Origin: Acidobacteriaceae bacterium | GTDB taxonomy: Bacteria; Acidobacteriota; Terriglobia; Terriglobales; Acidobacteriaceae | Reading direction: 5' to 3' | Length of the DNA stretch: 64,000 nucleotides | Assembly: GCA_003151335.1 (NCBI GenBank) | Contig: PLXE01000112.1 | Coordinates: 2,981-66,980, forward strand | Position numbers and translations under genes: made by a program | Shown: piece after piece, positions 36,404 through 47,136 of the stretch | How the letters are laid out: each line of letters starts with the position of its first letter | How positions within the stretch are numbered: the first letter of the stretch is position 1 | Notes under the pieces: model-generated | The model's input: the letters and a program-made list of their open reading frames with translations, nothing else | What the model was told of the DNA's origin: nothing | Database searches by the model: none

Positions 36404-37228
36404 TCGCAACCCTCCGGAACTCTAGCAATACCGTAAGCAAAGTGGCCTAGCTTGAATTCAACTTCAATTATCTTAGTACAAGTGCAGGCAATTATCCTGC
36501 TCGCAACCGCCACTGATTGTACAGCAACACGGAAAATTAACAAAGCCTCTCTATTGTTGTGGCGTGTTTATTCCGGGGGAGATGTTTACTGACTTTGTAA
36601 CCGGGAATCATCCGCCTCACCCGTCCAACTGCACCGTTCTGACTCGGGGACTCGGGTACGGAGTTGTTTCCCAACTCACGGTACGGTGCGAGTCTCTCGG
36701 CCCAGCGGGCGGCTTCGCCGGTGGCCCAAAGCCCTACTGATACGGGCTTGGCGGCGCGCGGAACTGACATTTCCGAGCCCTGGTAACGAGCATCGCCTGC
36801 AGTTACTGGATCCTGAACAGCTCTTCGGTGTCCACGTCATTGGCTGGGCCTCCAAAGCGCAGCTACCACAGAACGTTCCCAGTACCGAATCGGGAATTGT
36901 CACTAGAAATCAGGTATAGATCAGGCAACAGGGCCGGCAACTTTTGGCCCGGCAGGACCCCCACCAGCAGCGACGTGCTAGGTAGCGATTTTGGCGGCCG
37001 CCTCATCGTCCGCTATGAGTTTTCTGGAATCCTCGCTCCAAGCTACATGGTTCGAGCAAAGGGAGCTCGAAAGGTGTTACTTTTGTTGGCAGCGGGTCGT
37101 GACCGCAATTCCCGGCGGAAGCGGGCCGGTTCGCGTTTCGACCCAGAGCCGCCGGTTCGCATCTAGGTCTGTGTTTTATCGGCAGGCGGTAAGTTCGTCA
37201 ATCGAGTCGCAAGAGGCGCCTGTTCCCC

Positions 37229-38626
37229 ATGCCGCGTGAAAAAATCTTGATCGTAGAGGACGAGGAAAACGAGCGCACAGGTATGGCGGAACTGCTCCGC
37301 ACCTGGGGCTATGACACCGCAACCGCCGAGGATGGGGTGGAAGGCCTGGAAAAGGTCGAGTCGTGGAGTCCGCAAATCGTAATCACCGACCTGAAAATGC
37401 CGCGCATGGATGGCATGGAGCTGCTGCAGCAAATCGCGGTCCAGCCGCAAGCCGTCGCGGTCATCCTGCTCACCGCTCAAGGTAGCGTGGATGCCGCAGT
37501 CAACGCGATGAAGATCGGCGCCTTCGACTTTATCGAGAAGCCGGTGAATCCTACCCGCCTGCGCAACATTCTGCAGAATGCTTCGCGCATTCAAGGCACT
37601 GAGCGCGAACTGGAAGCCAGCCGCCGCAAGCTGCGCGACGTCGGCGTGCTGGGCTCGCTGGTCGGCCCTTCGAAGAAGATGCAGGAAGTGTTCCGCTTGA
37701 TCGAGATGGTGGCGCCCAGTACTGCATCGGTGCTTATCACCGGCGAAAGCGGTACCGGTAAGGAACTGGTGGCACGCACCATCCACTCGCTCAGCAACCG
37801 CAAGCCCAAACCGTTTGTCGCCATCAACTGCGCCGCCATTCCCGAGACGCTGATCGAGAGCGAAATTTTCGGACACGAAAAGGGCGCCTTTACGGGCGCG
37901 CTGGAACGCCGCACCGGCTGCTTCGAGTTGGCGGAGGGAGGCTCGTTGCTGCTCGACGAAATCGGCGAAATGCCGATTGCCACCCAGGCCAAGTTGTTGC
38001 GAGTGCTGGAAGACCGCAAGCTGCGCCGCCTGGGCAGTAAGAGCGAGACTTCCGTCGACGTGCGTGTCCTCGCCGCTACCAACCAGCCTCCGGAAGAAGC
38101 GGTGGCGCGCGGCAGTTTACGCAACGATCTCTATTATCGTTTGAACGTCTTCAACATTCACTTGCCGCCATTGCGCGACCACAAGGACGATCTGCCCGAC
38201 CTGGTGCACTCGTTGCTCGCCGACATGAACGAAAAACACAACCGCACCGTTGCCGGCATAAGCGATGCGGTGGCGGGCGCCTTCCAGGCGCATGCCTGGC
38301 CCGGCAATGTTCGCGAGCTGCGCAACACCCTGGAGCGGGCTGTCATCGTGTGCGACGGGCCGCTGATCGAACCCCGGCACTTGCCGCCGGGATTCGGCCA
38401 TGTGGCCCCGCGCGCTCCTGTGCAGGAAGCCAACGCAGTGCGTCTCGGCGTCGGCACCACCGTGGGCGAAGCCGAGCGCCTGCTCATCCTGAAAACTCTG
38501 GAAGCTACCAATAACAATAAGACGCGCGCCGCAGACATTCTCGGCATCAGCCTGAAAACTCTGCACAACAAGCTGAAGGAATATGGGGCCCATGGCGCCA
38601 GCGAGGCCGCGGAGGCGGCAAGTTGA
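37229..38626 (+). CDS. sigma-54-dependent NtrC-family response regulator
   Basis: The receiver is ILIVEDEE...VITDLKMPRMDG. The AAA+ domain has GESGTGKE and GAFTGA. There is a C-terminal Fis-type HTH. No histidine kinase is adjacent. Confidence 0.92.
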   Translation: MPREKILIVEDEENERTGMAELLRTWGYDTATAEDGVEGLEKVESWSPQIVITDLKMPRMDGMELLQQIAVQPQAVAVILLTAQGSVDAAVNAMKIGAFDFIEKPVNPTRLRNILQNASRIQGTERELEASRRKLRDVGVLGSLVGPSKKMQEVFRLIEMVAPSTASVLITGESGTGKELVARTIHSLSNRKPKPFVAINCAAIPETLIESEIFGHEKGAFTGALERRTGCFELAEGGSLLLDEIGEMPIATQAKLLRVLEDRKLRRLGSKSETSVDVRVLAATNQPPEEAVARGSLRNDLYYRLNVFNIHLPPLRDHKDDLPDLVHSLLADMNEKHNRTVAGISDAVAGAFQAHAWPGNVRELRNTLERAVIVCDGPLIEPRHLPPGFGHVAPRAPVQEANAVRLGVGTTVGEAERLLILKTLEATNNNKTRAADILGISLKTLHNKLKEYGAHGASEAAEAAS

Positions 38627-38630
38627 GAGA

Positions 38631-38788
38631 AGCAACTAGCAGCCAGCAATTAGCCGTTAGCATTTAGCTCTTAGCATCCCACGATTGGCGGCCTGCTCTG
38701 GTTAATCTCGCTTCTCCGCTGATCCTCTAGCGAAGAGCGAACGGCGAAAAGCTACTTGCTAACGGCTAATTGCTAGTTGCTAGTTGCT
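38631..38788. repeat. 38-nt inverted repeat built from phased heptamers
   Basis: The left arm is agcaactagcagccagcaattagccgttagcatttagc (38631-38668). The reverse complement of the right arm (38751-38788) is agcaactagcaactagcaattagccgttagcaagtagc. They match at 34/38 positions by hand. Confidence 0.75.
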
Positions 38789-38845
38789 CCTTTACAATAA
38801 TCATGCTTCCTGATGGCGGGCTGAATATCTGGCTCGCATCCACTA

Positions 38846-38932
38846 GCCGAAGTGGCGGAATTGGCAGACGCGCATGGTTCAGGTCCATGTACCCGCAAGG
38901 GTGTGGGGGTTCGAGTCCCTTCTTCGGCACCA
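38846..38932 (+). tRNA. tRNA-Leu (anticodon CAG)
   Basis: The sequence folds by hand as a class II tRNA: acceptor GCCGAAG/CTTCGGC, anticodon stem CATGG/CCATG with loop TTCAGGT, a long variable arm, T-arm GGGGG TTCGAGT CCCTT, discriminator A and an encoded CCA. Confidence 0.9.
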
Positions 38933-38950
38933 ACTTTTTCTCACCGACTC

Positions 38951-39145
38951 ATGAATTTACGCCGACTCATTGAAGATGCCCGCACGCTTGGTGGGCATAA
39001 AACGAAGAAAGATGCGGTCACCGCGGCGCTCGCGGAATATAACCAGAGGCGCAAGCAGATAGGCATTATCAAGTTATTCGGCACGATCGACTATGACCCT
39101 GCCTACGATTACAAAGCGGCACGGGGGCGGCGCAGAGGCGCGTGA
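38951..39145 (+). CDS. VapB-type (DUF2191-like) antitoxin, no cognate toxin
   Basis: 64 aa. MNLRRLIEDARTLGGHKTKKDAVTAALAEYNQRRKQIGIIKLFGTIDYD... fits the L-x-x-A-x-x-L-x-G-x-KTK-x-x-V-x-x-AL pattern of VapB antitoxins. The N-terminal strand appears short. No PIN gene follows. Confidence 0.55.
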   Translation: MNLRRLIEDARTLGGHKTKKDAVTAALAEYNQRRKQIGIIKLFGTIDYDPAYDYKAARGRRRGA

Positions 39146-39170
39146 TAGTGCGCCTGCTCTCCCTTTCGCG

Positions 39171-40208
39171 CTATACCAATGATTCAACCGAGTGCGCTCC
39201 CAACATCGCAGATTTTGCTGCCGCCGGCGCATACTGAATGGCCATCAGCGCCTCGTCGTCGGCGCGCTCCGTTGCTCCCCGGAACGCCGCCAACCGCTGC
39301 TTGCAGGCCTGCACCAGCTTCGCAGGGCAGCACGTCGGATGCTGTTCCGCAACGAGCTTCCGCAAGGCTTCGACGCCGTATTCCTCGCCCTCGGCATTGC
39401 TGGCCTCACTGACCCCGTCGGTGTAAAGGACGACGGTATCGCCGGGCGACATGACGGCCCTCACCACATTCACTCTTTCGTCGGAGAAGAATCCCAGCGG
39501 TTTGCAGTTACTCTCGAACGTGGTCACGCCAGACTTGCCGGCCAGCAGCACCGGCAAGTGACCGGCGTTGGCCAGCTCCAGCTCTCCCTGGCTCGAAGTA
39601 CGCCCAAACGCCAGGGTGGCGTATTGGTTGGGCAGCGCGCTCTCGTGGAACAGGCGATTGGCACGCACCATCAACTCTTCAACCGGCAGGCGCAGCGGTA
39701 TCAGCGAGCGGAACACCGCACGCAGGTTTGAGGCCAACATGGCGGCTGCCACGCCCTTGCCGGAAACATCGGCCATGATGAAGTTGAGGTGGCCGTCGTC
39801 CTTGATGACGTCGCAGTAATCGCCGCTCACCATGCCGGCAGGCTGATAAAGATAGGAAATCTCCCAGCCCGCGATGGCGACATCGGCCGGCGGCAACAAT
39901 CCTTTCTGGATCTGCGCGGCCAGTTCCAGGTCGTACTCCAGCGCGCGTTGCTGCTTGGGCGTGAGGCACTCCAGGCAGACCCGAGCCAGCGGGTTCTCCA
40001 TCAGTTCTTCGCTGGGGACCACGCCCGCGCACATTTCGCACACGCCGAAAGAGCCATGTTCAATGCGATGCAGCGCGCTGTCCACTTCCGCCAGCAGGCG
40101 CAGCATCTGTTCGCTCTCGGGGCCGGCAAGCACATCGCTCAGCCGCTCGCGTCCGGCCAGCAACTGCTCGCGGACGCTATTCACGTAAGTCGTTTCTCCA
40201 GTCGCCAT
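39171..40208 (-). CDS. DksA/TraR C4 zinc-finger fused to a PP2C/SpoIIE serine phosphatase domain
   Basis: The N-terminus is a coiled coil followed by HRIEHGSFGVCEMCAGVVPSEELMENPLARVCLEC (a CxxC...CxxC DksA/TraR finger). The C-terminus YQPAGMVSGDYCDVIKDDGHLNFIMADVSGKGVAAAMLASNLR...VVLYTDGVSEA is the SpoIIE/RsbU pattern. Confidence 0.8.
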   Translation of the reverse strand: MATGETTYVNSVREQLLAGRERLSDVLAGPESEQMLRLLAEVDSALHRIEHGSFGVCEMCAGVVPSEELMENPLARVCLECLTPKQQRALEYDLELAAQIQKGLLPPADVAIAGWEISYLYQPAGMVSGDYCDVIKDDGHLNFIMADVSGKGVAAAMLASNLRAVFRSLIPLRLPVEELMVRANRLFHESALPNQYATLAFGRTSSQGELELANAGHLPVLLAGKSGVTTFESNCKPLGFFSDERVNVVRAVMSPGDTVVLYTDGVSEASNAEGEEYGVEALRKLVAEQHPTCCPAKLVQACKQRLAAFRGATERADDEALMAIQYAPAAAKSAMLGAHSVESLV

Positions 40209-40595
40209 GGCTAACCGCCTTATACCGTTTAGAGGGTTATGGACAACAGCAGGATGCAGTCTTTTTTCGCTGGAAAACCCTTTGTCCTGGCTGTCATCTT
40301 TCGCCTGATAACTATTTTCCCACGCTGTTCATCCCTCGCGTGAAGGTATTTTATTCTTGACTTTCATCCGGAGCGGGTCCGCGCCGCGCGGGCAAGTCGA
40401 AAGCAATCACTTCTCAGAATTGTGATTCTGAGCGCCGCTTTTGCACGCCGGAGTCGAAGTGCTTCCCCCAGCCAAGCCGGGGGAAGCTGCGGTTCCGTTC
40501 TTTTCTGCGTGTCCTTGTTTCGACTTTAGCCTCGATTCCTGCGGGCGTCACCCCGCTTCTTGCGCTCAAAACAAATTCGATTTTTGACGATTCGC

Positions 40596-40620
40596 AAAAA
40601 GGGGAGCGTTTCCGCTCCCC
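40596..40620 (-). terminator. intrinsic terminator downstream of clpC
   Basis: On the reverse strand, GGGGAGCG-GAAA-CGCTCCCC is followed by TTTTT. Confidence 0.75.
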
Positions 40621-40692
40621 TTTCTAGCCGAGGCTGAAGCCTCTGAACAATTTTTCGCCTAGCTGAGTACCTGAAGGTCCGCACTACCCGAG

Positions 40693-43140
<2,448 letters not shown>

Positions 43141-43332
43141 TGAGCCTCTCCAAGGACCCCTGTGGAAGGTTCCCCCTCAGCGAAGGAACAGTCACCCGCA
43201 GCGTCCCATTGCCTGTCGCACCCGTGGTCGTCGGCCAGCAAAATTCTGTGGCCAATCCATAAGGACCTCGCCGGTCCTTTTCTTACTCTGTTGCTTACTC
43301 CGTACAAACCCGTCTTCCGCCCGCCGGTTGCG

Positions 43333-44025
43333 TCATGCCGACAACGACTGCGGGGACACTTCGACGACTCGTCCGCGCTCCAATCGCAGCACACGGTCGC
43401 AGCGGCGTGCAAACCCAAGATTATGAGTAACGATGAGCGAGGTCAGACGATAGTCGCGATGTAGCTTGGCGATCAAATTAAAAACCATGTCCGCGGTCCG
43501 GTTGTCGAGGTCCCCCGTAGGCTCGTCGGCCATCAGGATCTTCGGCCGGGTGACCAGGGCGCGGGCCAGCGCTACCCGTTGTTGCTCTCCACCCGACAAC
43601 TCGCCGGACCGATGACTGGCACGGTCCGTTAAGCCAACCTCCTGCAACCAGTGCAGGGCTTGCTGCTCGGCTTCCCGCCGGTTCCCGCCGCGCATCAACA
43701 GCGGCATGGCCACATTCTCGACGGCGGTAAACTCCGGCAACAAATAATGAAACTGCCAGACAAATCCCAGTTCGCGGCTGCGAAACTCCGCCGCATCTTC
43801 TTCCGAGAGCTCACCCAAATCGAGTTGGGCGAAGTATACGTCACCTTCGGAAGCGCTATCAAGCACTCCGAGGATGTGCAGCAAAGTACTTTTGCCGGCA
43901 CCAGACTCGCCAACAATGGCCAGCATCTCGCCAGCCTGCACCTGGAACGACAGGTTCTCAAAGAGCACTAAATCGGAGTCGCCCGAGCGGAAAACCTTTT
44001 TCAGGTTCTGCGCTCGTAACAGCAC
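43333..44025 (-). CDS. lolD: lipoprotein-releasing ABC transporter ATP-binding protein
   Basis: 230 aa. It has Walker A GESGAGKST, the signature LSGGEQQRVALARAL and Walker B ILMADEPTGDLD. It is in the same strand context as the LolC/E permease. Confidence 0.85.
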   Translation of the reverse strand: MLLRAQNLKKVFRSGDSDLVLFENLSFQVQAGEMLAIVGESGAGKSTLLHILGVLDSASEGDVYFAQLDLGELSEEDAAEFRSRELGFVWQFHYLLPEFTAVENVAMPLLMRGGNRREAEQQALHWLQEVGLTDRASHRSGELSGGEQQRVALARALVTRPKILMADEPTGDLDNRTADMVFNLIAKLHRDYRLTSLIVTHNLGFARRCDRVLRLERGRVVEVSPQSLSA

Positions 44026-44262
44026 GTCTTGAACGATTGGATGCAGGTGCGCTCCTGCGCGTCACAAATTCCGGCCAAGTCGCTGCAACCGAGCCCGATC
44101 CGGAACTCAGTATGTCAACCCGCGGCCTATGGGAATTAGATCACGTCCGGGCGGCGAAGTCAGCGACTCTGCCACGGAAGGGGTAGGAGCCGGTGTCGTT
44201 TCAGAGTTCTGGAAGCGGTACCGGAAGATGGACGGACTTGAAGGCTGACAAGGGGCTGCCGC

Positions 44263-44691
44263 TCAGTTGACTCTCAGACGCACAGCCCGCGCCAGTCTGC
44301 GCTGCTGTTTGTCGAAGCTGTAGAGCCAATCCACCCCAAGCTCCAGTGCCGTCGCCACATGCAGGAGATCGGCTGTCCGCGTGCCCAGGCGCGCAGTAGT
44401 TTGCCGCGATAACTGGCGTGCCCGGTCAAAGACCTGCTCCGACAACGGGCGCAGTTGGAGCACCCCGTTCCGCATGTCTTTATCGAAGTCGTTGAAGGAG
44501 GACTGCGCTTGCGCTGCCAACACTTCCTTCCGAAACACACGGAGTCCTAAGGCATTCACGACCTCCAATTCCCCTAACGTGGTGATCAACCGGTCTGCTT
44601 CGGAGGCGTGCATCAGGCGTGCGGCGGTCCCGGAGTTGAGGTCCGGACTGTACAACGAGACGAGAAAGCTGGTGTCGAGATAGATCTTCAA
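44263..44691 (-). CDS. vapC: PIN-domain toxin VapC
   Basis: 142 aa. MKIYLDTSFLV... has acidic PIN residues (D6, E in GELEV, D in TADLLHVA, D in SFDK). There is a 4-nt overlap with the upstream antitoxin. Confidence 0.85.
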   Translation of the reverse strand: MKIYLDTSFLVSLYSPDLNSGTAARLMHASEADRLITTLGELEVVNALGLRVFRKEVLAAQAQSSFNDFDKDMRNGVLQLRPLSEQVFDRARQLSRQTTARLGTRTADLLHVATALELGVDWLYSFDKQQRRLARAVRLRVN

Positions 44692-44939
44692 TATCGCTTC
44701 CGATCTTCGCTTACCAGATCAGCGCCGCTCACGGCCAATACTTTGTCTCCATAAATGGCCCGCAGCCGTGCTCGGAAGTCGGGAAGCTCGGGAGGAGACG
44801 GAGGGCCTTCAGGAACCAGGCGAGCAATTACACGCCGGCGTTTGGTGATCAGGACTTCTTCGCCCTGGCGCAAGAGCCGTTCAATCTTCTTAAATTCGTA
44901 GCGCAGGTCCCGGATTGAGGCTTTTGTCATGTGATACAT
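44688..44939 (-). CDS. Phd/YefM-like antitoxin
   Basis: 83 aa. ASIRDLRYEFKKIERLLRQGEEVLITKRRRVIARLVP fits the prevent-host-death type N-terminus. It overlaps the vapC start. Confidence 0.7.
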   Translation of the reverse strand: MYHMTKASIRDLRYEFKKIERLLRQGEEVLITKRRRVIARLVPEGPPSPPELPDFRARLRAIYGDKVLAVSGADLVSEDRKRY

Positions 44940-44995
44940 TCTAGCATCACATCGGGAGGCGGGTAAGGCAGCGGTTCAAGATGCGCTCTGCGAGG

Positions 44996-46291
44996 TTATT
45001 CATACCGCAACGCTTCGGCGGGCAGAACGCTGGCGGCCGACCACGAAGGGTACAGGGTCGCAATGAAACTGACGCCGATGGCGATAATCGCCACCAGAAC
45101 TCCGTCGAGGACGCGCGGCGCGAAGGGCACGTAGTCGATGGAATAAACCTCGGCGGAAAGCGATACCAGATGGTAGTGTCCAGCTGCCCAGGAGAGTGAA
45201 TACCCCGCGATCAGCCCCAGCACCGTTCCGATCACACCGATCAGGATTCCCTGATAGATGAAGATACGCCGGATCTGCCGCTTCTTGGCACCCATCGAGA
45301 TCAGCACCGCGATGTCGCGCGTCTTCTCCATCACCATCATGATCAGCGAGATCAAGATATTGAGCGCCGCCACAAACACGATCAGCCCGATGGTGATAAA
45401 CGTAACCACTCGCTCCAGCCGCAGGGCATGGAAGATGGCGCGGTTCTGCTCCATCCAGTTGGTTGACATGAAGCCCTTGCCAGCCACGGCTTCCAGCTTC
45501 TGTGCGATTTCCGGCGCCTGGTAGATATCGTCGATCTTGAATTCCAACACGGAGACGACATCGCCCAGGTCGAAGAGTTTCTGCGAGTCAGCGAGCGAGA
45601 TGAAGGCCCAGGAACTGTCGTACTCGTAGAAGCTCGACGAGAAAATTCCTGTCACTTTGAAGCGCTTGTACTTGGGGACAATGCCAAAGGGCGTGAGCTC
45701 GCCTTGCGGGCTGGTGACGGTCACCAGCGATCCGACCGTCGCGCCCAGTTGGTCCGCCATATCTTTGCCAAGAATAATCGGCGGCGTTGAGCCGGTGATG
45801 CGCGCCGAGAGCGGATTGGGTTCATCGGGGTCCAGAGGCGAAGTCCCGCCCTGATCTTCTTTGCGCGTTTCAAGACTGTCGGCTGAGCCGCTCTTGACGG
45901 TATCGAGAATGTCGCTGACCCTGCGTTCGTCCTGCGGGAGGATGCCCTTGAGAATCGCTCCCTGGGCGCGAGCGCCGCGCGAGATCAACACCTGTTCGTA
46001 AATGGCGGGCGCACCGGCGAGCACGTGCGGCTGCTTCTGCAAGCGCGCCAGCAGGTCTTGCCAGTTGCGGATGCCATCGCTTTCCACGCGCAGCAAGTTG
46101 ATGTGCGAGGTCGAGCCCAGCAGCCGCTCCTGCAAGTCCTGGCGAAATCCGTTGTTGATGGCCAGCGCGATGATGAGCGAGGCCACGCCCGCCGCCACTC
46201 CGACAATGGAGATGACGGTGATGACGCCGATGACGGCCTGGCGCCGTTTGGCCCGCAAGTAACGCGCCGCGACAAAGAGTTCAAATTGCAT
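44996..46291 (-). CDS. lipoprotein-releasing ABC transporter permease LolC/E family
   Basis: 431 aa. MQFELFVAARYLRAKRRQAVIGVITVISIVGVAAGVASLIIALAINNGF is followed by a periplasmic domain and a C-terminal FtsX domain. Confidence 0.88.
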   Translation of the reverse strand: MQFELFVAARYLRAKRRQAVIGVITVISIVGVAAGVASLIIALAINNGFRQDLQERLLGSTSHINLLRVESDGIRNWQDLLARLQKQPHVLAGAPAIYEQVLISRGARAQGAILKGILPQDERRVSDILDTVKSGSADSLETRKEDQGGTSPLDPDEPNPLSARITGSTPPIILGKDMADQLGATVGSLVTVTSPQGELTPFGIVPKYKRFKVTGIFSSSFYEYDSSWAFISLADSQKLFDLGDVVSVLEFKIDDIYQAPEIAQKLEAVAGKGFMSTNWMEQNRAIFHALRLERVVTFITIGLIVFVAALNILISLIMMVMEKTRDIAVLISMGAKKRQIRRIFIYQGILIGVIGTVLGLIAGYSLSWAAGHYHLVSLSAEVYSIDYVPFAPRVLDGVLVAIIAIGVSFIATLYPSWSAASVLPAEALRYE

Positions 46292-46357
46292 TCAGAGTGC
46301 TCAGCGAAGGTTCATTGTAGCGAAAAGCGGGTCAGGCGCGGATTTACAGGGATGAAG

Positions 46358-46430
46358 ATCAACCACAGAGGCACGGAGATCACTCGATAGAAATCAAGAA
46401 TTCGGTGTCCTCCGTGTCTCCGTGGTAAAT
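46358..46430. repeat. inverted-repeat element (CCACAGAGRCACGGAG family), copy 3 (compact)
   Basis: The left arm is atcaaccacagaggcacggagatcac (46358-46383). The right arm is ggtgtcctccgtgtctccgtggtaaat (46404-46430). The right arm lies inside the 3' end of the methyltransferase CDS. Confidence 0.7.
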
Positions 46431-47077
46431 AATTTCGGCACGACGCCAGGCACGCGCTGCCGATACGCTCGAAACGCTTCCCCAAAGCGCGCTTCCAGTT
46501 CGCGGTCTTCCATGCGAATCATCACTGCTCCGGTGATCATGGCGAAAGCTGCCAGCACGTAGAGCGCGACCAATCCTGTTGCGATGCACCAGGCCGCGAT
46601 CTCGCAAAGGTGGCCCAGATAGATCGGATGGCGCACCCGCGCGCGAATGCCGGTGGTGATCAGTTGCTGACGATGGTGGTCGGGCTCAAGTTCGGCCAAG
46701 CCGGAAACCTTGGCGCGGTCGAATCTCTGAAACGCCGCGCGGTAAATCGAGAATCCCAGAAGAAAGAAGATGGCCGCGGGCGCAAAGGCAAACCAGTTCG
46801 CATAAAAGTGGACGGAACGAAACGGCCACATCAGCAGAAAGGCGATGGCGATAAATCCGCCCCACACCGGCAGGATGAAAGCGTAGGCGCGCCGCCCGCG
46901 GGTGCGCCAGCGCTCCACAAAGGGATGCACCACAAACCAGAACAGCGGAATGGTGCCGTACACCGAGCAGGCCAGTAGCGCGACGAGATCGAAAATAGGA
47001 CGAGGGTTCAATGAGGGAATGCTGTTTTGATAGAGCGGACTTTTGGCTCCGCGTCCAACATCGTTAATTTTTGTCAT
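46394..47077 (-). CDS. isoprenylcysteine carboxyl / phospholipid methyltransferase (ICMT/PEMT) family membrane protein
   Basis: Polytopic. RVRHPIYLGHLCEIAAWCI is typical of the family. The ATG at 47077 (GTG at 47080) lies inside a REP-like element. Confidence 0.75.
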   Translation of the reverse strand: MTKINDVGRGAKSPLYQNSIPSLNPRPIFDLVALLACSVYGTIPLFWFVVHPFVERWRTRGRRAYAFILPVWGGFIAIAFLLMWPFRSVHFYANWFAFAPAAIFFLLGFSIYRAAFQRFDRAKVSGLAELEPDHHRQQLITTGIRARVRHPIYLGHLCEIAAWCIATGLVALYVLAAFAMITGAVMIRMEDRELEARFGEAFRAYRQRVPGVVPKLFTTETRRTPNS

Positions 47078-47115
47078 CACGAGCGGGCTTTAGCTCGCGA
47101 GGGATCTGCTCTTCG
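47073..47115. repeat. REP-like element, forward orientation
   Basis: Sequence is gtcatcacgagcgggctttagctcgcgagggatctgctcttcg. Confidence 0.65.
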
Positions 47116-47136
47116 ACTCGGCAAATCTAATGGGCT

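Noticed and set aside
36537-36770. 77-aa reverse-strand ORF and 112-aa forward ORF (36828..37166) in the long gap upstream of the NtrC-type gene
   Set aside because: Neither has a ribosome-binding site, recognisable motifs or convincing coding-like composition. They are treated as non-coding pending a search.
38631-38788. Heptamer tracts and hairpin arrays as CRISPR arrays
   Set aside because: The units are 7 nt or are unrelated short stems. There are no regularly spaced unique spacers of ~30 nt, and there are no cas genes in the window.
38846-39170. Intact genomic island integrated at tRNA-Leu
   Set aside because: No integrase, no direct repeat of the tRNA 3' end, and only one small antitoxin gene lie before a convergent housekeeping-type gene. 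At most this is a remnant.
43265-43295. Hairpin aaggacc-tcgcc-ggtcctt between lolD and clpC as a terminator
   Set aside because: The T-run follows the stem on the plus strand, where nothing is transcribed toward it. On the reverse strand, downstream of lolD, no U-tract follows. The call is ambiguous.
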